NCBI RefSeq assembly: GCF_006345805.1 | Contig: NC_043024.1 | Location: 7,936,001-8,000,000 of the forward strand | Length of the DNA stretch: 64,000 nucleotides | Reading direction: 5' to 3' | Source: Octopus sinensis | Taxonomy: Eukaryota | In this document: positions 63,351 to 64,000 of the stretch, piece by piece | Numbering within the stretch: position 1 is the first letter of the stretch | Layout: the number at the start of each line of letters is the position of its first letter | The notes under the pieces: generated by a model | What the model was told of the DNA's origin: nothing | The model's database searches: none | The model's input: the letters and a program-made list of their open reading frames with translations, nothing else | Made by a program: the position numbers and the translations under genes

Positions 63351-64000
63351 TACAGCAAACTATCGAACAAACAAAACACATACGTTGAGTATGCGCGATC
63401 GATAATGTTTATATATGTATATAAAATATAGATCCCAACAACTTGTCTACTTAACTAGCAATTCTGACTCCCTGATGTTATTTCTTTTACTCTATAATAT
63501 TACTATTTAATATCATTGTATTATTTGACATTTAAAATTTATGTAAGCATTTATGTATGCATCCCTTCTTAAGAGGAAAACATGTTTTATGCCTAAGGAA
63601 GCCTATTTGTGTTTCCATGCATCTGTTGTCGAAGTGAATCTGGTATTTTTGGTCTGTGTCCAACTTAGCCTCTGTCGTCTTCCACACAAGACCTTTCCCA
63701 CAAAATCTGATCTCTCCGCAGAGTTCCTACCACTAGGATTTGAGCTAAGCCGATTAAGAGGGATGAGAATAGCTTAGGAGGAATGTTGGTTCCTTAACGT
63801 TCCTTTGTATATTTCCAGCAAGACATGGGAAGGAATGGTGTGTCTGTTGTATATATAAGCCAAGCGTTAGAACACATTGTATTCTGGAATTCTTCAGATT
63901 TCCTTCTGCTTTGTTTCTGTAATTCCATCTCCTCCTAGTCTTTTTCCATCAGATATTCTTTGGTTGTCTATCTGGAAATATTATATAACTCTCAGTGTGT

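Overview
AT-rich, microsatellite- and SINE-dense eukaryotic DNA. The repeat landscape ((TA)n/(CA)n/(CAT)n tracts, tRNA-derived SINEs, RTE/CR1 LINE remnants, TTAA MITEs) points to an Octopus-like cephalopod genome; this is an inference, not a database result. The window appears to be the 5' end and very long first intron(s) of one + strand gene: a likely first coding exon at 4325-4534 (MDLGSD...KPESE, phase-0 GTACGG donor) plus several weaker candidate alternative first exons and microexons. No recognisable protein domain of the host gene is present. A candidate 3-exon divergent antisense transcript lies at about 2.06-3.7 kb. Most of the rest is mobile-element debris: at least four SINE families, Merlin-like, hAT-like and piggyBac-like MITEs, non-autonomous Helitrons, and mariner, RTE and CR1 fragments. 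The main structural observations are (i) a 1.6-kb inversion (about 21136-22730) that can be reconstructed from split target-site duplications and a split SINE, (ii) several long fold-back (dsRNA-capable) repeat pairs, (iii) a 243-bp satellite built from whole MITEs, and (iv) SINE tandem arrays that share one junction at three loci. Almost all ORF-track entries are microsatellite or repeat artefacts.
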